From the NCBI GenBank assembly GCA_947624995.1, contig CANQMS010000006.1, forward strand, positions 11,393-75,392: a stretch of DNA of 64,000 nucleotides, read 5' to 3'. This document shows, one piece after another, positions 9,705 through 20,154 of the stretch. The DNA is from an uncultured Clostridia bacterium. GTDB taxonomy: Bacteria; Bacillota; Clostridia; Oscillospirales; CAG-272. A program made the position numbers and the translations under genes. The notes below the pieces were generated by a model. It saw only the letters and a list, made by a program, of their open reading frames with translations, was not told where the DNA came from and did not search any database. Each line of letters opens with the position of its first letter. Position 1 is the stretch's first letter.

Positions 9705-9834
9705 TTTTTTCCCGATCTTTTGCGTCGCCCGAAATAGCGGGCGGCGCAAAAATATTATATCCGCTACTTGATTTTTTCACGCGAATGTATTAGAATACAT
9801 AATGGAACGAAAAACCAAAAAGGGAGATATAAAA

Positions 9835-10788
9835 ATGGCACTCGTAACAACAAAAGAAATGTTCGCAAAAGCGTATAACGGCGGCTACGCTGTCGGCGCT
9901 TTCAACGTAAACAACATGGAGATCATCCAGGGCATCACTGAGGCGGCCATCGCCCAGAAATCCCCGCTCATCCTTCAGGTCAGCAAGGGCGCCCGCAACT
10001 ATGCGAAGCACGCGTATCTTATGAAGCTGATCGAGGCGGCTCTCATCGACGCACAGGAATCTGCCGGATTCGACCTTCCGATCGCGGTCCATCTCGACCA
10101 CGGCGACACGTTTGAGCTCTGCAAGTCCTGCATAGACGGCGGCTTCACCTCCGTCATGATCGACGGCTCGTCAAAGAGCTTCAAGGACAATATCGAGCTG
10201 ACAAAGAAGGTCGTTGAATACGCGCACGCTCACGGCGTTGTCGTCGAGGCGGAGCTCGGAACGCTCGCAGGCGTTGAGGACGAGGTCAAGGTTTCCGCTG
10301 AGGATTCTTCTTACACGAAGCCCGAGCAGGTCGAGGAATTCGTCGGCGCTACCGGATGTGACTCGCTCGCTATCGCCATCGGCACGAGCCACGGCGCGTA
10401 CAAGTTCAAGCCCGGCACGAAGCCGCAGCTCAGATTCGATATCCTCGAAGAGGTTTCAAAGCGCCTGCCCGGATTCCCGATAGTGCTGCACGGCTCGTCG
10501 TCCGTCCCGCAGGAGTTTGTCAAGGAGATCAACGAGAACGGCGGCAATATGCCCGGCGCTATCGGCGTTCCCGAGGATCAGCTCCGTCACGCGGCGTCCA
10601 TGGCGGTCTGCAAGATCAACATTGACTCCGACCTGCGCCTCGCTATGACGGCGTCCATACGCAAGTACTTCAACGAGCATCCCGATCACTTCGATCCCCG
10701 CCAGTACCTCAAGCCCGCGCGCGAGGCTATCAAGGCAATGGTCGAGCACAAGATCGTCGACGTCCTCGGCTCGAACGGAAAAGCGTAA
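9835..10788 (+). CDS. fba: class II fructose-1,6-bisphosphate aldolase
   Basis: HLDHG, VEAELG, AIGTSHG, LHGSS and KINID motifs. Confidence 0.95.
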   Translation: MALVTTKEMFAKAYNGGYAVGAFNVNNMEIIQGITEAAIAQKSPLILQVSKGARNYAKHAYLMKLIEAALIDAQESAGFDLPIAVHLDHGDTFELCKSCIDGGFTSVMIDGSSKSFKDNIELTKKVVEYAHAHGVVVEAELGTLAGVEDEVKVSAEDSSYTKPEQVEEFVGATGCDSLAIAIGTSHGAYKFKPGTKPQLRFDILEEVSKRLPGFPIVLHGSSSVPQEFVKEINENGGNMPGAIGVPEDQLRHAASMAVCKINIDSDLRLAMTASIRKYFNEHPDHFDPRQYLKPAREAIKAMVEHKIVDVLGSNGKA

Positions 10789-10812
10789 GCGCAAGCCATA
10801 TAAGCAAACATC

Positions 10813-10848
10813 GGGGACGGCTTATAACCGTCCCCTCTGCTTTTCTTT
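10813..10848 (+). terminator. intrinsic terminator after fba
   Basis: GGGGACGG/CCGTCCCC stem with T-rich tail. Confidence 0.65.
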
Positions 10849-10875
10849 ATTTTTCTGAAACAAACGGAGAAAACG

Positions 10876-11598
10876 ATGATTTGGAGTGAAGATTATCGCG
10901 TGACGGCGCTCGACGTCGACATGACGGGGGCATTCAGCCCGGCGGCGATGATGAGATATATGCAGGAGACCGCGTACCGCCACATGGCGGGCACGGGTCC
11001 GACGGAGGACGAGCTGCGCTCGCGCGGACAGGCGTTTCTGCTCTCGCGGATAATATTTTATATCTACGGCGAGCTTCACCACGGGGACGCATTCACGCTC
11101 AGAACGTTTGCGGAGAAGAGCCGCGGGATCAGCTTCGGGCGCGTTTTTATGATATACGGCGCGGACGGCGAAAAAATTGCAGAGGCAAAAACGGTTTGGG
11201 TGCTGTACGATCTGTATGAGCGCAAAATCGTGCGCGTCGACAGTATAGGCGAGCTTTACGGACCCGAGCCGCCGCTCGAAACGGAGCTGCCCCGCAGGCT
11301 TTCGATCCCGGACGGGATGGAGCCGTCGCCGCTCTGCGTCCGGCGCGTCGACTACCCGGACGTCGACGTCAACGGTCACATGAACAACACCGTGTACGCG
11401 GGTTTCCTCTGCGGGTATGTGCCGGAGATACGCGCGGGCGAGGCGAGAGTTTCCTCGCTGTATATAAATTACAGCAACGAGTCAAAGCTCGACGACGAGA
11501 TCTCCGTCTCTATGTGCGGCAGCCGCGGCGAATGGTTCTTCCGCACGCACAGGGCGGACGGAAAGCTGAATGTCGAGGCGAGGATAACGACGGTATGA
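10876..11598 (+). CDS. acyl-ACP thioesterase family protein
   Basis: Double hot-dog pattern; DVDVNGHMNNTVY motif. Confidence 0.85.
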   Translation: MIWSEDYRVTALDVDMTGAFSPAAMMRYMQETAYRHMAGTGPTEDELRSRGQAFLLSRIIFYIYGELHHGDAFTLRTFAEKSRGISFGRVFMIYGADGEKIAEAKTVWVLYDLYERKIVRVDSIGELYGPEPPLETELPRRLSIPDGMEPSPLCVRRVDYPDVDVNGHMNNTVYAGFLCGYVPEIRAGEARVSSLYINYSNESKLDDEISVSMCGSRGEWFFRTHRADGKLNVEARITTV

Positions 11599-12152
11599 GC
11601 GGACGCAGGATTACGGTAAAAACGGAAGACGCGGAGCTATACGACCTTCTGAAAATGTGGCTCGGCGACGCCGGGTATGAGATATCCGACGGCGGCGACT
11701 GCACCATAATCGACACGGACACTTGCCCGGAAGAGGGGAGCGACGACGCAAAAACGCTTTATATCGTTTCATCTCCGGGCTGCCGTACACACGAGCTCAG
11801 GCGCCCGTTTTCACACACGGAGCTCACCTCGGCGATGCGCCGTATGTGCTCGGACGGCGCGGGCGAGCTCGTCGTGGACCCGACGTCGAAGCGCGTCACG
11901 TACCGCGGCGACAGTGTGGCGCTGACGGAGAAGGAGTACGCGGTCATGCGGCTGCTTTACGAGCGCGGCGAGTCGGGCGTCTCGCGCGACGAGCTCTCGT
12001 CCGTCGCGAGGCACGGGAGCGGCAAAGAGACGAACGCGGGCGACGTATACGTACACTATCTCCGCCGGAAGCTGTCGGCGCTGACGGGCGAGTCCGGCGA
12101 CAGGATCATCCGCACCGTGCGCGGATTCGGGTACGCGTTCACCGGTCGGTGA
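11595..12152 (+). CDS. OmpR-type winged-helix regulator with reduced receiver domain
   Basis: LTEKEY, DVYVHYLRRKL and IRTVRGFGY in the C-terminal domain; ATGA overlap with the thioesterase stop. Confidence 0.8.
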   Translation: MSGRRITVKTEDAELYDLLKMWLGDAGYEISDGGDCTIIDTDTCPEEGSDDAKTLYIVSSPGCRTHELRRPFSHTELTSAMRRMCSDGAGELVVDPTSKRVTYRGDSVALTEKEYAVMRLLYERGESGVSRDELSSVARHGSGKETNAGDVYVHYLRRKLSALTGESGDRIIRTVRGFGYAFTGR

Positions 12153-12231
12153 GCGTTGCGCGATGTTATCGCGCGTTGCTTGACTTTTGCGCGCTCCCGG
12201 CGTATGATGGCTTTCGAAGAGGAGGCTCTGT

Positions 12232-12660
12232 ATGCTTGGCGACAATATAAAAAGATACCGCACATCGTGCGGCATGACGCAGGAGGCGCTGGCGGGCAGA
12301 CTGAACGTCGTCCGCCAGACCGTTTCAAAATGGGAAAAGGGGATGTCCCTGCCGGATGCGGAAATGCTCGTGCATCTCGCGGCGGCACTCGGCACGGACG
12401 TTGAGACATTGCTCGGAGACGCGGATGCGGGGACCTCGCCGATGTCGACAGAGGAGCAGCTCGCAAGGATAAACGGGCATCTCGCGATAAAAAACAGTCA
12501 GGCGCGCCGGTTCCGGATCGCGGTCGCAGTGATCGCGGGTGCGATACTTTTGCTCTCGCTGCTCTCGATCATTGTTTCCGCCGTCGTGAACAGAACGTAC
12601 ACGTTCGAACGGGACAAGGTCGACGTTTACACATACGAGCTTGAGACGGTGGAAAACTGA
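12232..12660 (+). CDS. XRE-family HTH regulator with C-terminal TM helix
   Basis: MTQEALAGRLNVVRQTVSKWEKG; hydrophobic C-terminal segment. Confidence 0.85.
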   Translation: MLGDNIKRYRTSCGMTQEALAGRLNVVRQTVSKWEKGMSLPDAEMLVHLAAALGTDVETLLGDADAGTSPMSTEEQLARINGHLAIKNSQARRFRIAVAVIAGAILLLSLLSIIVSAVVNRTYTFERDKVDVYTYELETVEN

Positions 12661-12664
12661 AGCT

Positions 12665-12706
12665 GCATAAAAATATGCGCGGGCGGACCCGCGCATATTT
12701 TTATGC
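12665..12706. terminator. bidirectional terminator
   Basis: GCATAAAAATATGCGCGGG-CGGA-CCCGCGCATATTTTTATGC between convergent genes. Confidence 0.8.
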
Positions 12707-14632
12707 CTGTTTCAAAAGAAGCGTGACGCGGAAGAGGTCGGCGTCCGTTCGGACGGTTAGGGAGCCGCCCTGTATCTCGGCGAGGCTCGAGGCTATCGAG
12801 AGCCCGAGACCGCTGCCCTCCGTGTGGCGCGAAGCGTCTCCGCGGACAAAGCGCTCGGTCAGCTCGTCGGCTGCCACGCTGAGCGGCTCGCGGGAAATAT
12901 TTGATACGGATATGCCCGCGAGGTCGCCCTCCAGCTTTACATCCATATATACGCGCGTGCCGGGCATCGAGTATTTGCAGACGTTAGACATCAGATTGTC
13001 TATTATGCGCGCGGTGTGCCTGCCGTCCGCCATGACGTATATCGGCTCGGACGGCGCGCGGGTGACGAGCGTCAGCCCGGACGAGGCGAGCTTTTCCTCG
13101 TATTCGCCCGCCGCCTGCGAGATGAGGACGCCGAGCCCGACCGGGGAAAGCTCGACCGGGAGCGTCCCGGAGGATGCTTTCGACGCCTCTATCAGGTCTT
13201 CGGTTAACCGGCGCAGTGTCTGCGATTGGCGGTCGAGCACGTCGAGATACGACTTTACCGTTTCCGCGTCGAGACCCGGCGACCTTAAAAGGTCAACGTA
13301 GTTTATGATCGAGGTGAGCGGCGTTTTTATATCGTGTGAGACGTTTGTGATAAGCTCCGTGCGAAATCTCTCGCTCTTCATCCGCTCCTCGACCGCCGTT
13401 TCCATCCCGACGCCGATGTTGTTCAGGTCTTCGGCGTGACGGAGATAGTCTCCGTGAAGTCCCTTTGTGTCGATGCGGAAGGAAAGGTCGCCGGAGGCGA
13501 TCCTTTTCCCCGCGGCGCGCAGCCGGTATAGGCAGTATGCGTTATATGAGAGCAGCACCGTCACCGCTGCCCACAGAATGAGCAAAAGAATGATCGGAAC
13601 GGAGTTCATATACGAACGGGCGACAAGATACAGCGACAGTGCGGCGACGGCGACCGAGGCGAGCAGCGTCCTCCACACGACCGGTATCGCCATCACGGCG
13701 CGGATGAGCCCGCGGGCAGCATAGGTTATGACGTTGCAGCTCAAAATCGTGCGGCACTTTACGCGGACAGCTGCTGTGGTGCAAATGATCACGGCGAGCA
13801 GCGCAAAAACGAAAATGATGAGGAAAAAGCAGATCTGAGCGACCAGCAGCGACGTGTCGGATTCGTACCTGAAGTTGTTAATGGCGGAGACGGCGTCGCC
13901 GAGCGGATAAAAAAGGACGGCAGCGAGCAGCGCAGAAACTGCGAAAACAAGGTCGAACGGTACGCGGTCAAAGAGCGAGAGCACGACTGTGTCGGAGTCC
14001 TTTCTGTGCCCCGAGGCGGACAGCGTGAACGCGAATGAGAGCGAGAAAATCAAAACGGACACGGCGGCGACTATCGGCACGGTGATGAGCGTTTTACGAT
14101 CCGTTATAAACGATGCCGCGCTGCGCGACGCGAAAATGTCGTGCGATTTGGCGGAGTTCTTTACCATCATGCTGACGGTGACGTCGTAAGGCTCGCCGGT
14201 GACCTGATCGACGAGGAACCACGGGATCGACGGTCCGTAAAACATGTCGATCGAATTGCCGAACAGGAATATTTCGTCGTCCGGCCATTCCGAGAGCGTG
14301 TCGGTTATATACTGCGAGCCGATCTTAACCTCGACCAGACAGTCGCTTTTTTCCGAGTATGCATTCAGCCTTGACGCAAGCTCCGCGTATGCCGCGTCGC
14401 TGTCGGAGAGCGGGCGCTCGGCAACTTCGGTGAAGATCTCAAGCACTTCCCAGTAATTGTCGTACACGCACCTCTCCTCTAACTTTCTTTTGACCGAGTC
14501 GGGGTCGGTGTATGCGCCGATGCCGACCATCATGATGAGCAGCCAAGTCGACGCGACGGCGGCGGTCAGCGCCGCCGCGGCGAGCAGAGCGGCGAGAACT
14601 CTGCACGCGGTGTTTTCTTTGATCTTTTTCAC
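12701..14632 (-). CDS. membrane sensor histidine kinase
   Basis: H-box SHDIKTPL, N-box NLMSNVCKY, GSGLGL; multiple TM segments. Confidence 0.92.
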   Translation of the reverse strand: MKKIKENTACRVLAALLAAAALTAAVASTWLLIMMVGIGAYTDPDSVKRKLEERCVYDNYWEVLEIFTEVAERPLSDSDAAYAELASRLNAYSEKSDCLVEVKIGSQYITDTLSEWPDDEIFLFGNSIDMFYGPSIPWFLVDQVTGEPYDVTVSMMVKNSAKSHDIFASRSAASFITDRKTLITVPIVAAVSVLIFSLSFAFTLSASGHRKDSDTVVLSLFDRVPFDLVFAVSALLAAVLFYPLGDAVSAINNFRYESDTSLLVAQICFFLIIFVFALLAVIICTTAAVRVKCRTILSCNVITYAARGLIRAVMAIPVVWRTLLASVAVAALSLYLVARSYMNSVPIILLLILWAAVTVLLSYNAYCLYRLRAAGKRIASGDLSFRIDTKGLHGDYLRHAEDLNNIGVGMETAVEERMKSERFRTELITNVSHDIKTPLTSIINYVDLLRSPGLDAETVKSYLDVLDRQSQTLRRLTEDLIEASKASSGTLPVELSPVGLGVLISQAAGEYEEKLASSGLTLVTRAPSEPIYVMADGRHTARIIDNLMSNVCKYSMPGTRVYMDVKLEGDLAGISVSNISREPLSVAADELTERFVRGDASRHTEGSGLGLSIASSLAEIQGGSLTVRTDADLFRVTLLLKQA

Positions 14633-14647
14633 TTTGTTATTGCCACC

Positions 14648-15343
14648 TCATTTCTTTTTCGGCATCAGATATCCGTGCCCCCACACGACGCGGATATAGC
14701 GCGGGTATGAGGGGTTGATCTCTAATTTTTCGCGCAGGTGCCTGATATGTACGGCGACGGTGCTCTCGGCGCCGTATGGCTCCTCTCCCCAGACGGCGCG
14801 GTATATGTCCGCGGGCGTGAGGATCCGGTCCGTATTTTTCATGAAATAGCGGAGTATCTCATACTGTGTCGGCGTCAGCGTCACCTCGTCTCCGTCGAGC
14901 GTGACGGCGTGCGAATGCTCGTCAAGGCGGATGCCGCCTACGGCGAGGATATATTCCGCCTCGGCGGTCTTCGCGCCGAGCTGCATATAGCGCCGGAGCT
15001 GCGAGCGGACACGCGCCTTGACCTCCATCGGGTTAAAGGGTTTCGTTATATAGTCGTCGGCGCCGAGATCAAGACCGAGAATTTTGTCCGCGTCCTCGCT
15101 CTTTGCAGTTATCATTATGACCGGAATGTTGCTCATCCGCCGGAGCTCATGCAGCGTTTCAAGCCCGTTTTTGACAGGCATCATTATGTCGAGGAGCAGC
15201 AGATTTATGTCGTTTTCGCGGATGACGGCGAGCGCTTCCTCGCCGTTTTCGGCGCGGAATATGCCATAGCCCTCAGAGGAGAGATATATCTCGAGCGCGG
15301 AAACTATGTCGGGCTCGTCGTCGCATATGAGTATGTTGTACAT
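14648..15343 (-). CDS. OmpR-family response regulator
   Basis: ILICDDE, LLDIMMP, KPF and winged-helix domain. Confidence 0.95.
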   Translation of the reverse strand: MYNILICDDEPDIVSALEIYLSSEGYGIFRAENGEEALAVIRENDINLLLLDIMMPVKNGLETLHELRRMSNIPVIMITAKSEDADKILGLDLGADDYITKPFNPMEVKARVRSQLRRYMQLGAKTAEAEYILAVGGIRLDEHSHAVTLDGDEVTLTPTQYEILRYFMKNTDRILTPADIYRAVWGEEPYGAESTVAVHIRHLREKLEINPSYPRYIRVVWGHGYLMPKKK

Positions 15344-15515
15344 CGGGGCTTGCCTTTCTCTTTTAGTTCGTGTCTATGGTAACATAAAAATTTTTAAGAA
15401 GCAAGTGTGCATTTATTAAGATTTGTTTAACTTTTCGCCGCGCCCCCGCCGCTGTTGTAGCGCGCGGGGGTGTTTCATATATATTGAAGTGTGTATCACC
15501 TGACGGGAGGCGCAT

Positions 15516-15734
15516 ATGACGCTCGGCGAGGCAAAATCGGGGGAGGGGCACGTTGTTGTGTCCGTCGGCGGCAGCGGCGCGCTGCGGCGGCGGCTGCTCG
15601 AATTCGGATTCGTGCCGGGGACGGAGGTGCGCGTCGTCAGGCGCGCGCCGTTCGGCGGACCTGTCGAGGTCGCGCTGCGCGGCTATCTTTTGACGCTGCG
15701 GCGCGATGCCGCAGAGACGGTCGCGATAAAATAA
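15516..15734 (+). CDS. feoA: ferrous iron transport protein A
   Basis: LRRRLLEFGFVPGTEV..RRAPFGGP..LRG; directly upstream of feoB. Confidence 0.9.
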   Translation: MTLGEAKSGEGHVVVSVGGSGALRRRLLEFGFVPGTEVRVVRRAPFGGPVEVALRGYLLTLRRDAAETVAIK

Positions 15735-15762
15735 AAACAGATAAAATAAAGGGGGCGTATCT

Positions 15763-17730
15763 GTGCGGCTTGCGCTTGTGGGGAACCAGAACTGCGGAAA
15801 AACAACGCTGTATAACGCGCTTTCGGGGCGGGACAGACGCGTCGGAAATTTTCCCGGCGTCACCGTTGACGCGGAGGCGTGCGCGATAAAGACGGCGGGC
15901 GGCGAGTGCGAGCTTGTCGACCTGCCGGGCGTCTATTCGCTCCGCCCGTATTCGGAGGAGGAGCGCGTCACGCGGGAATATATACTGAACGCGCGCCCGG
16001 ACGGGATCATAAACGTCATGGATGCGACGTGCCCGGAGCGCGGGCTGTATCTGACGAGCCGGATCTTGGAGCTCGGAATACCGACGGTCGTGGCACTCAA
16101 CATGATTGACGAGGCAAAACGGCGCGGTGGCAGCGTTGACACGGAGCGGATGGAGGCGCTGCTCGGCGTCCCGGTCAGGGCGGTCTCCGCAAGGAGCTCC
16201 GAGGGGGTGGAGGAGCTCCTTTTGACGGCGATTTTTTGCGCCGGGTCCGGGAAAACGTGCGCGGCACCGATGCGGGACACGGCATACGGCAGGGCGATCG
16301 TGCGCATTGAGGCCGCGGTCCGGGAGAGGGCGGCGAGCGCCGGAATACCGCCATCATTCGCCGCGTCCCTCGCGGCGGAGGGAGACGCGGACGTGCTTTC
16401 GTCGCTCGCGCTCGGGGCGGAGGCATCGCGGCGGGTGGCAGGGTGCGTGCGAAGGCTCGAGCGCGAGGTTGGGCTCGACGTCGAGGCAGCGTCCGCGGCG
16501 GCGAGATACGCGTTCGCGGACAAGGTCTGCGGGGAGTGCGTGTACATACCGCCCGCGCCGCCGTCCCGGCTCGACGGGGCGGCGCTCGGAGCGGCGGCGT
16601 ATCCGATATTCGCGCTTGTGATGTCCGCGGTATTTTTCCTGACGTTCGAGGTGATAGGCGGACGGCTTTCGGACTTGTGCTCCGCTATTTTCGGGGCGTT
16701 GACGGATGCGGCGGCGGCAGCGATGGCGAGGGCGGAGGTCGCGCCGTTCCTTGCCTCGCTCGTCACGGACGGGGCGATGGCGGGCGTCGGCGCCGTCGTC
16801 GGATTCCTTCCGCTCGTCGTGACTCTGTTTTTCTTTCTGTCGCTCATCGAGGACACGGGATATATGGCGCGGGTGGCGTTCATAATGGACGCGCCGTGCA
16901 AAAGACTCGGGCTGTCCGGCAAAAGCGTTGTTCCATTGCTGCTCGGGTTCGGGTGCAGCGTGCCGGCAGTGATGGCGTCGCGGACGCTGCCGACGCGGAG
17001 GGACAGGCGCGTCACGGCGCTGCTCGTGCCGTTTATGAGCTGCGGCGCGAAAATACCGATTTACACGCTTTTGCTGTCGTACTTTTTCCCGGCGCGGCGG
17101 GGTGTTTTGACCTGCGCCTTATACTTCGCGGGCGTGATAACCGCCGTTTTCGCGGCGGCGGTCATGCGAAAAATTTACCCCGGGCGGGGTGAGGCGGAAT
17201 ATATACTCGAGCTGCCGCCGTGGCGGCTGCCGACGGCAAAAAACGTGCTCCGCGCGCTCGGGCGGAGGGCGAAGGAATTTTTGTCGCGCGCGTTCGGGAT
17301 AATTTTTCTTTCCTCGGTCGCCGTGTGGCTGCTGTCGGCGGTCGATACGGGACTTCATATCACATATGACAGCGAAAAAAGCATACTTGCCGCCGTCGGA
17401 AGACTCGCGGCGCCCATATTCGCCCCGCTCGGGTTCGGGGACTGGCGCGCGTCCGCGGCGCTTGTTTCGGGGCTGTCGGCTAAGGAAGCCGTCGTCGGGA
17501 CGCTCGCGGTGCTCGCGGGAGAGGGCGGCGTCGGCAGCATTTTCACGCCCGCATCGGCGATCTCGTTCTTGACGTTCACGCTCCTTTATACGCCGTGCGC
17601 ATCCGCCGTCGCGGCGATACGCGGCGAGGCGGGGACGAAAATGACGGTTCTGTGGCTCGCCGCCGGACTGCTTTTCGCGTGGCTCGCGTCCTTCGCGGTC
17701 TACGGTATTGCTGCCGCCGCGGGAATATAA
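15763..17730 (+). CDS. feoB: ferrous iron transporter B
   Basis: GNQNCGKT, VGNFPGVTV, DLPG, EDTGYMARVAF, GFGCSVPA and LYTPC motifs. Confidence 0.93.
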   Translation: MRLALVGNQNCGKTTLYNALSGRDRRVGNFPGVTVDAEACAIKTAGGECELVDLPGVYSLRPYSEEERVTREYILNARPDGIINVMDATCPERGLYLTSRILELGIPTVVALNMIDEAKRRGGSVDTERMEALLGVPVRAVSARSSEGVEELLLTAIFCAGSGKTCAAPMRDTAYGRAIVRIEAAVRERAASAGIPPSFAASLAAEGDADVLSSLALGAEASRRVAGCVRRLEREVGLDVEAASAAARYAFADKVCGECVYIPPAPPSRLDGAALGAAAYPIFALVMSAVFFLTFEVIGGRLSDLCSAIFGALTDAAAAAMARAEVAPFLASLVTDGAMAGVGAVVGFLPLVVTLFFFLSLIEDTGYMARVAFIMDAPCKRLGLSGKSVVPLLLGFGCSVPAVMASRTLPTRRDRRVTALLVPFMSCGAKIPIYTLLLSYFFPARRGVLTCALYFAGVITAVFAAAVMRKIYPGRGEAEYILELPPWRLPTAKNVLRALGRRAKEFLSRAFGIIFLSSVAVWLLSAVDTGLHITYDSEKSILAAVGRLAAPIFAPLGFGDWRASAALVSGLSAKEAVVGTLAVLAGEGGVGSIFTPASAISFLTFTLLYTPCASAVAAIRGEAGTKMTVLWLAAGLLFAWLASFAVYGIAAAAGI

Positions 17731-17790
17731 AAAGGGGACGGACCCACAGACGGGTCCGTCCCACGGCTTTTTGCGGTGCCGGATAATATA

Positions 17791-18483
17791 TCAGATGATG
17801 TAGCAGAGTATGCCGACAAGCTGCAAAACGCTGCCGAGCACGACGAAGATGTGGAAGACGGAGTGGATATACCGGTGCTTTGCGCCGATGCCGTAGAGGA
17901 CGGCGCCGACGGTGTACGCGATGCCGCCCGCGAGGATATAGAGGAACGCCTCGAACGGTACGCAGGAGAGCATCGGCTTCAGCGCAATGACGATGCACCA
18001 CCCCATGCCGATATAGCACGCCATTGAAAATTTGCCGTATTTTTTCAGGTCTATCGCGGTGAACACGCAGCCGAGGACGGCGAACCCCCAGACGAGCCCG
18101 AATATCGTCCAGCCCCAGCCGGGGGAGAATCGGCGGAGCCGCGTTAAGACGATGGGAGTGTACGTTCCGGCGATCAGAAAATAGATCGTGCAGTGGTCGA
18201 TGACCTGCATGACTTTCTTCGCCATGCACGGATAGAGCCCGTGATATACGCTCGAATTCGTATATAAAAGGATGAGAGACGCGCCGTAAATCGCCGAGCT
18301 GACCGTCGCCCAGACGTCGCCGTGCATGACGGAGACGAGCACGCACGAGACGAGCGCGAATATGCCGACGGCGGCGCCGACGATATGGGATATCATATTG
18401 AAGCGTTCCTCGCCGCGCGTGTAATCCGGGAGCTTGCGGTCGGCGAGCTTTGTGCGCGTTCTTCTGTTGACGGCATGTACCAT
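17791..18483 (-). CDS. hemolysin III / PAQR family membrane protein
   Basis: EERFNMISH, SSVYH, DHCTIYFLIAGTYTP and HSVFHIFV motifs; GAGG RBS before ATG 18483. Confidence 0.9.
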   Translation of the reverse strand: MVHAVNRRTRTKLADRKLPDYTRGEERFNMISHIVGAAVGIFALVSCVLVSVMHGDVWATVSSAIYGASLILLYTNSSVYHGLYPCMAKKVMQVIDHCTIYFLIAGTYTPIVLTRLRRFSPGWGWTIFGLVWGFAVLGCVFTAIDLKKYGKFSMACYIGMGWCIVIALKPMLSCVPFEAFLYILAGGIAYTVGAVLYGIGAKHRYIHSVFHIFVVLGSVLQLVGILCYII

Positions 18484-18710
18484 AACGTTTGTACCTCGGT
18501 GCCATTTTTTTGATGCACACTTATTGTACGCCGTGTGGGGCACAATATCAACCTACAGAACGTTTCCGCGCCTCGACGCGCCGTTCCGCGCCGGTAGAGA
18601 AGACAAAAACGGACTCTACGGGCAGTAGAATTTCCTTGCGCCGCCTGTATCTACGCGCAGTCGAGCCTGCCGCGCCCTCTCTCGGTTCACACCGTCACAA
18701 CACAGTCAAT

Positions 18711-18771
18711 AAAAAGTTTTGAAGATAGGGGTCCGGGGGAAGTGCCTTTCCTAAAAGGCACTTCCCCCGGA
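18711..18771 (-). repeat. hairpin/TTCAAA element, copy C
   Basis: TCCGGGGGAAGTGCCTTT-CCTA-AAAGGCACTTCCCCCGGA; minus-strand tail CCCCTATCTTCAAAACTTTTT; 11 nt after the thiI stop. Confidence 0.9.
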
Positions 18772-18781
18772 AACACATTCA

Positions 18782-19993
18782 TCAGTTTGCCGCATACTCA
18801 CGGGGAGGCTCGCCGCTCCTGATGTAGTAGAGGCGGCGCGTTGCCCACGCCTCGTCCGCGAGGGCGGCGAAGTCGACCTTTGCCTCCTGCTCCTCGACCT
18901 TTGAAAGCTCGGGGCGCGTTTTCGGGTGGGGCGGCGTGAAGACGGTGCAGCAGTCCTCATACGGCAAGATCGAGGTGTCAAATGCGCCTATCTTCCGCGA
19001 CACGGTGATTATCTCCTCCTTGTCCATGCCGATGCAGGGGCGAAAGACGGGGAGCGAGGTCACGATATCCGTCGCCGAGAGGGCGTGCATCGTCTGGCTC
19101 GCGACCTGACCGAGGCTTTCGCCCGTGATCAGCGCCTGAGCGCCCGTGTGCCTCGCCGTCCTGTCGGCGAGCGCCATCATGAACCGGCGCAGAAGGATAG
19201 TGAAATAGTCGTTGTCGCAGGTGTCGCGCAGGACCTCCTGTATATGCGTGACGGAGATGACGTGGACGCGTATCTCGCCCGACCAGTCCGTCAGGATGGA
19301 GGCGAGGGCGAGGACCTTGTCCCGCGCCTGCTCGCTCGTATAGGGGATGCTCTCGAAGTGGACCGCGTCGACGGTGACGCCGCGCTTCATCATCATATAT
19401 CCGGCAACGGGGCTGTCGATGCCGCCGGAGAGCAGCAAGAGCGCGCGCCCGTTTGTCCCGGCGGGGAGCCCGCCGGCGCCGCGCTCCTGTCCCGCGTGGA
19501 TGTAGGCACCGCGCTCGCGGACCTCGACCGTCACAACGACGTCGGGTGAGTGCAGATCGACCGTGAGAGCGGGGGCGGCGTCGAGGATCGCCTCGCCGAC
19601 GGAGGCGGCGATCTCCGGCGATTTCATCGGAAAGCGCTTGTCTGCGCGCTTCGCCTCGACCTTGAACGTCCGCGCGCCGTCGACGGATGCGGGGATGTAT
19701 CCCGCAGCGACGCGGCGGATGTCGCCGATATCCTTTTCCGCGACGGCGGCAACGCAGAGTCCCGAAAAGCCGAAGACATGCTCCGCCTCGCGGTACATCT
19801 CGTCGATATCGTCACCCTCGCCGCACGGCTCGATGTAAACGGTGCTCTGCGCCGCGTAGATCTCGAAATCGCCGACGCGCTTTGCGCGGCGGCGCAGGTC
19901 CTTCATCATCGTCTGCTCGAACTGCGGTCTGTTTGCGCCCTTGAGGGCGACCTCGCCGTATTTGCAAAGTATTACCCGCCTGTAGTTTTCCAT
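18782..19993 (-). CDS. thiI: tRNA 4-thiouridine synthase ThiI
   Basis: KYGEVALKGANR, THUMP domain, LLSGGIDSPVA, GESLGQVASQT and PYEDCC motifs. Confidence 0.95.
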   Translation of the reverse strand: MENYRRVILCKYGEVALKGANRPQFEQTMMKDLRRRAKRVGDFEIYAAQSTVYIEPCGEGDDIDEMYREAEHVFGFSGLCVAAVAEKDIGDIRRVAAGYIPASVDGARTFKVEAKRADKRFPMKSPEIAASVGEAILDAAPALTVDLHSPDVVVTVEVRERGAYIHAGQERGAGGLPAGTNGRALLLLSGGIDSPVAGYMMMKRGVTVDAVHFESIPYTSEQARDKVLALASILTDWSGEIRVHVISVTHIQEVLRDTCDNDYFTILLRRFMMALADRTARHTGAQALITGESLGQVASQTMHALSATDIVTSLPVFRPCIGMDKEEIITVSRKIGAFDTSILPYEDCCTVFTPPHPKTRPELSKVEEQEAKVDFAALADEAWATRRLYYIRSGEPPREYAAN

Positions 19994-20154
19994 ATTTTTC
20001 TCCGTTTCGGTGCGATCATGCGCAATTTTCCGACCTCGACGCCGATTTGGACGAAAAATTTCTCAAAATCTATTCCAATAAGGCGCCAAATATATTATAA
20101 TATAGTGTAGTATGCTCCCGTACTGCGCCCACATGAGGGGGGGCGTACATGCAT

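Noticed and set aside
17791-18483. Hemolytic virulence factor
   Set aside because: Hemolysin III/PAQR proteins are widespread housekeeping membrane proteins; nothing here indicates a toxin role
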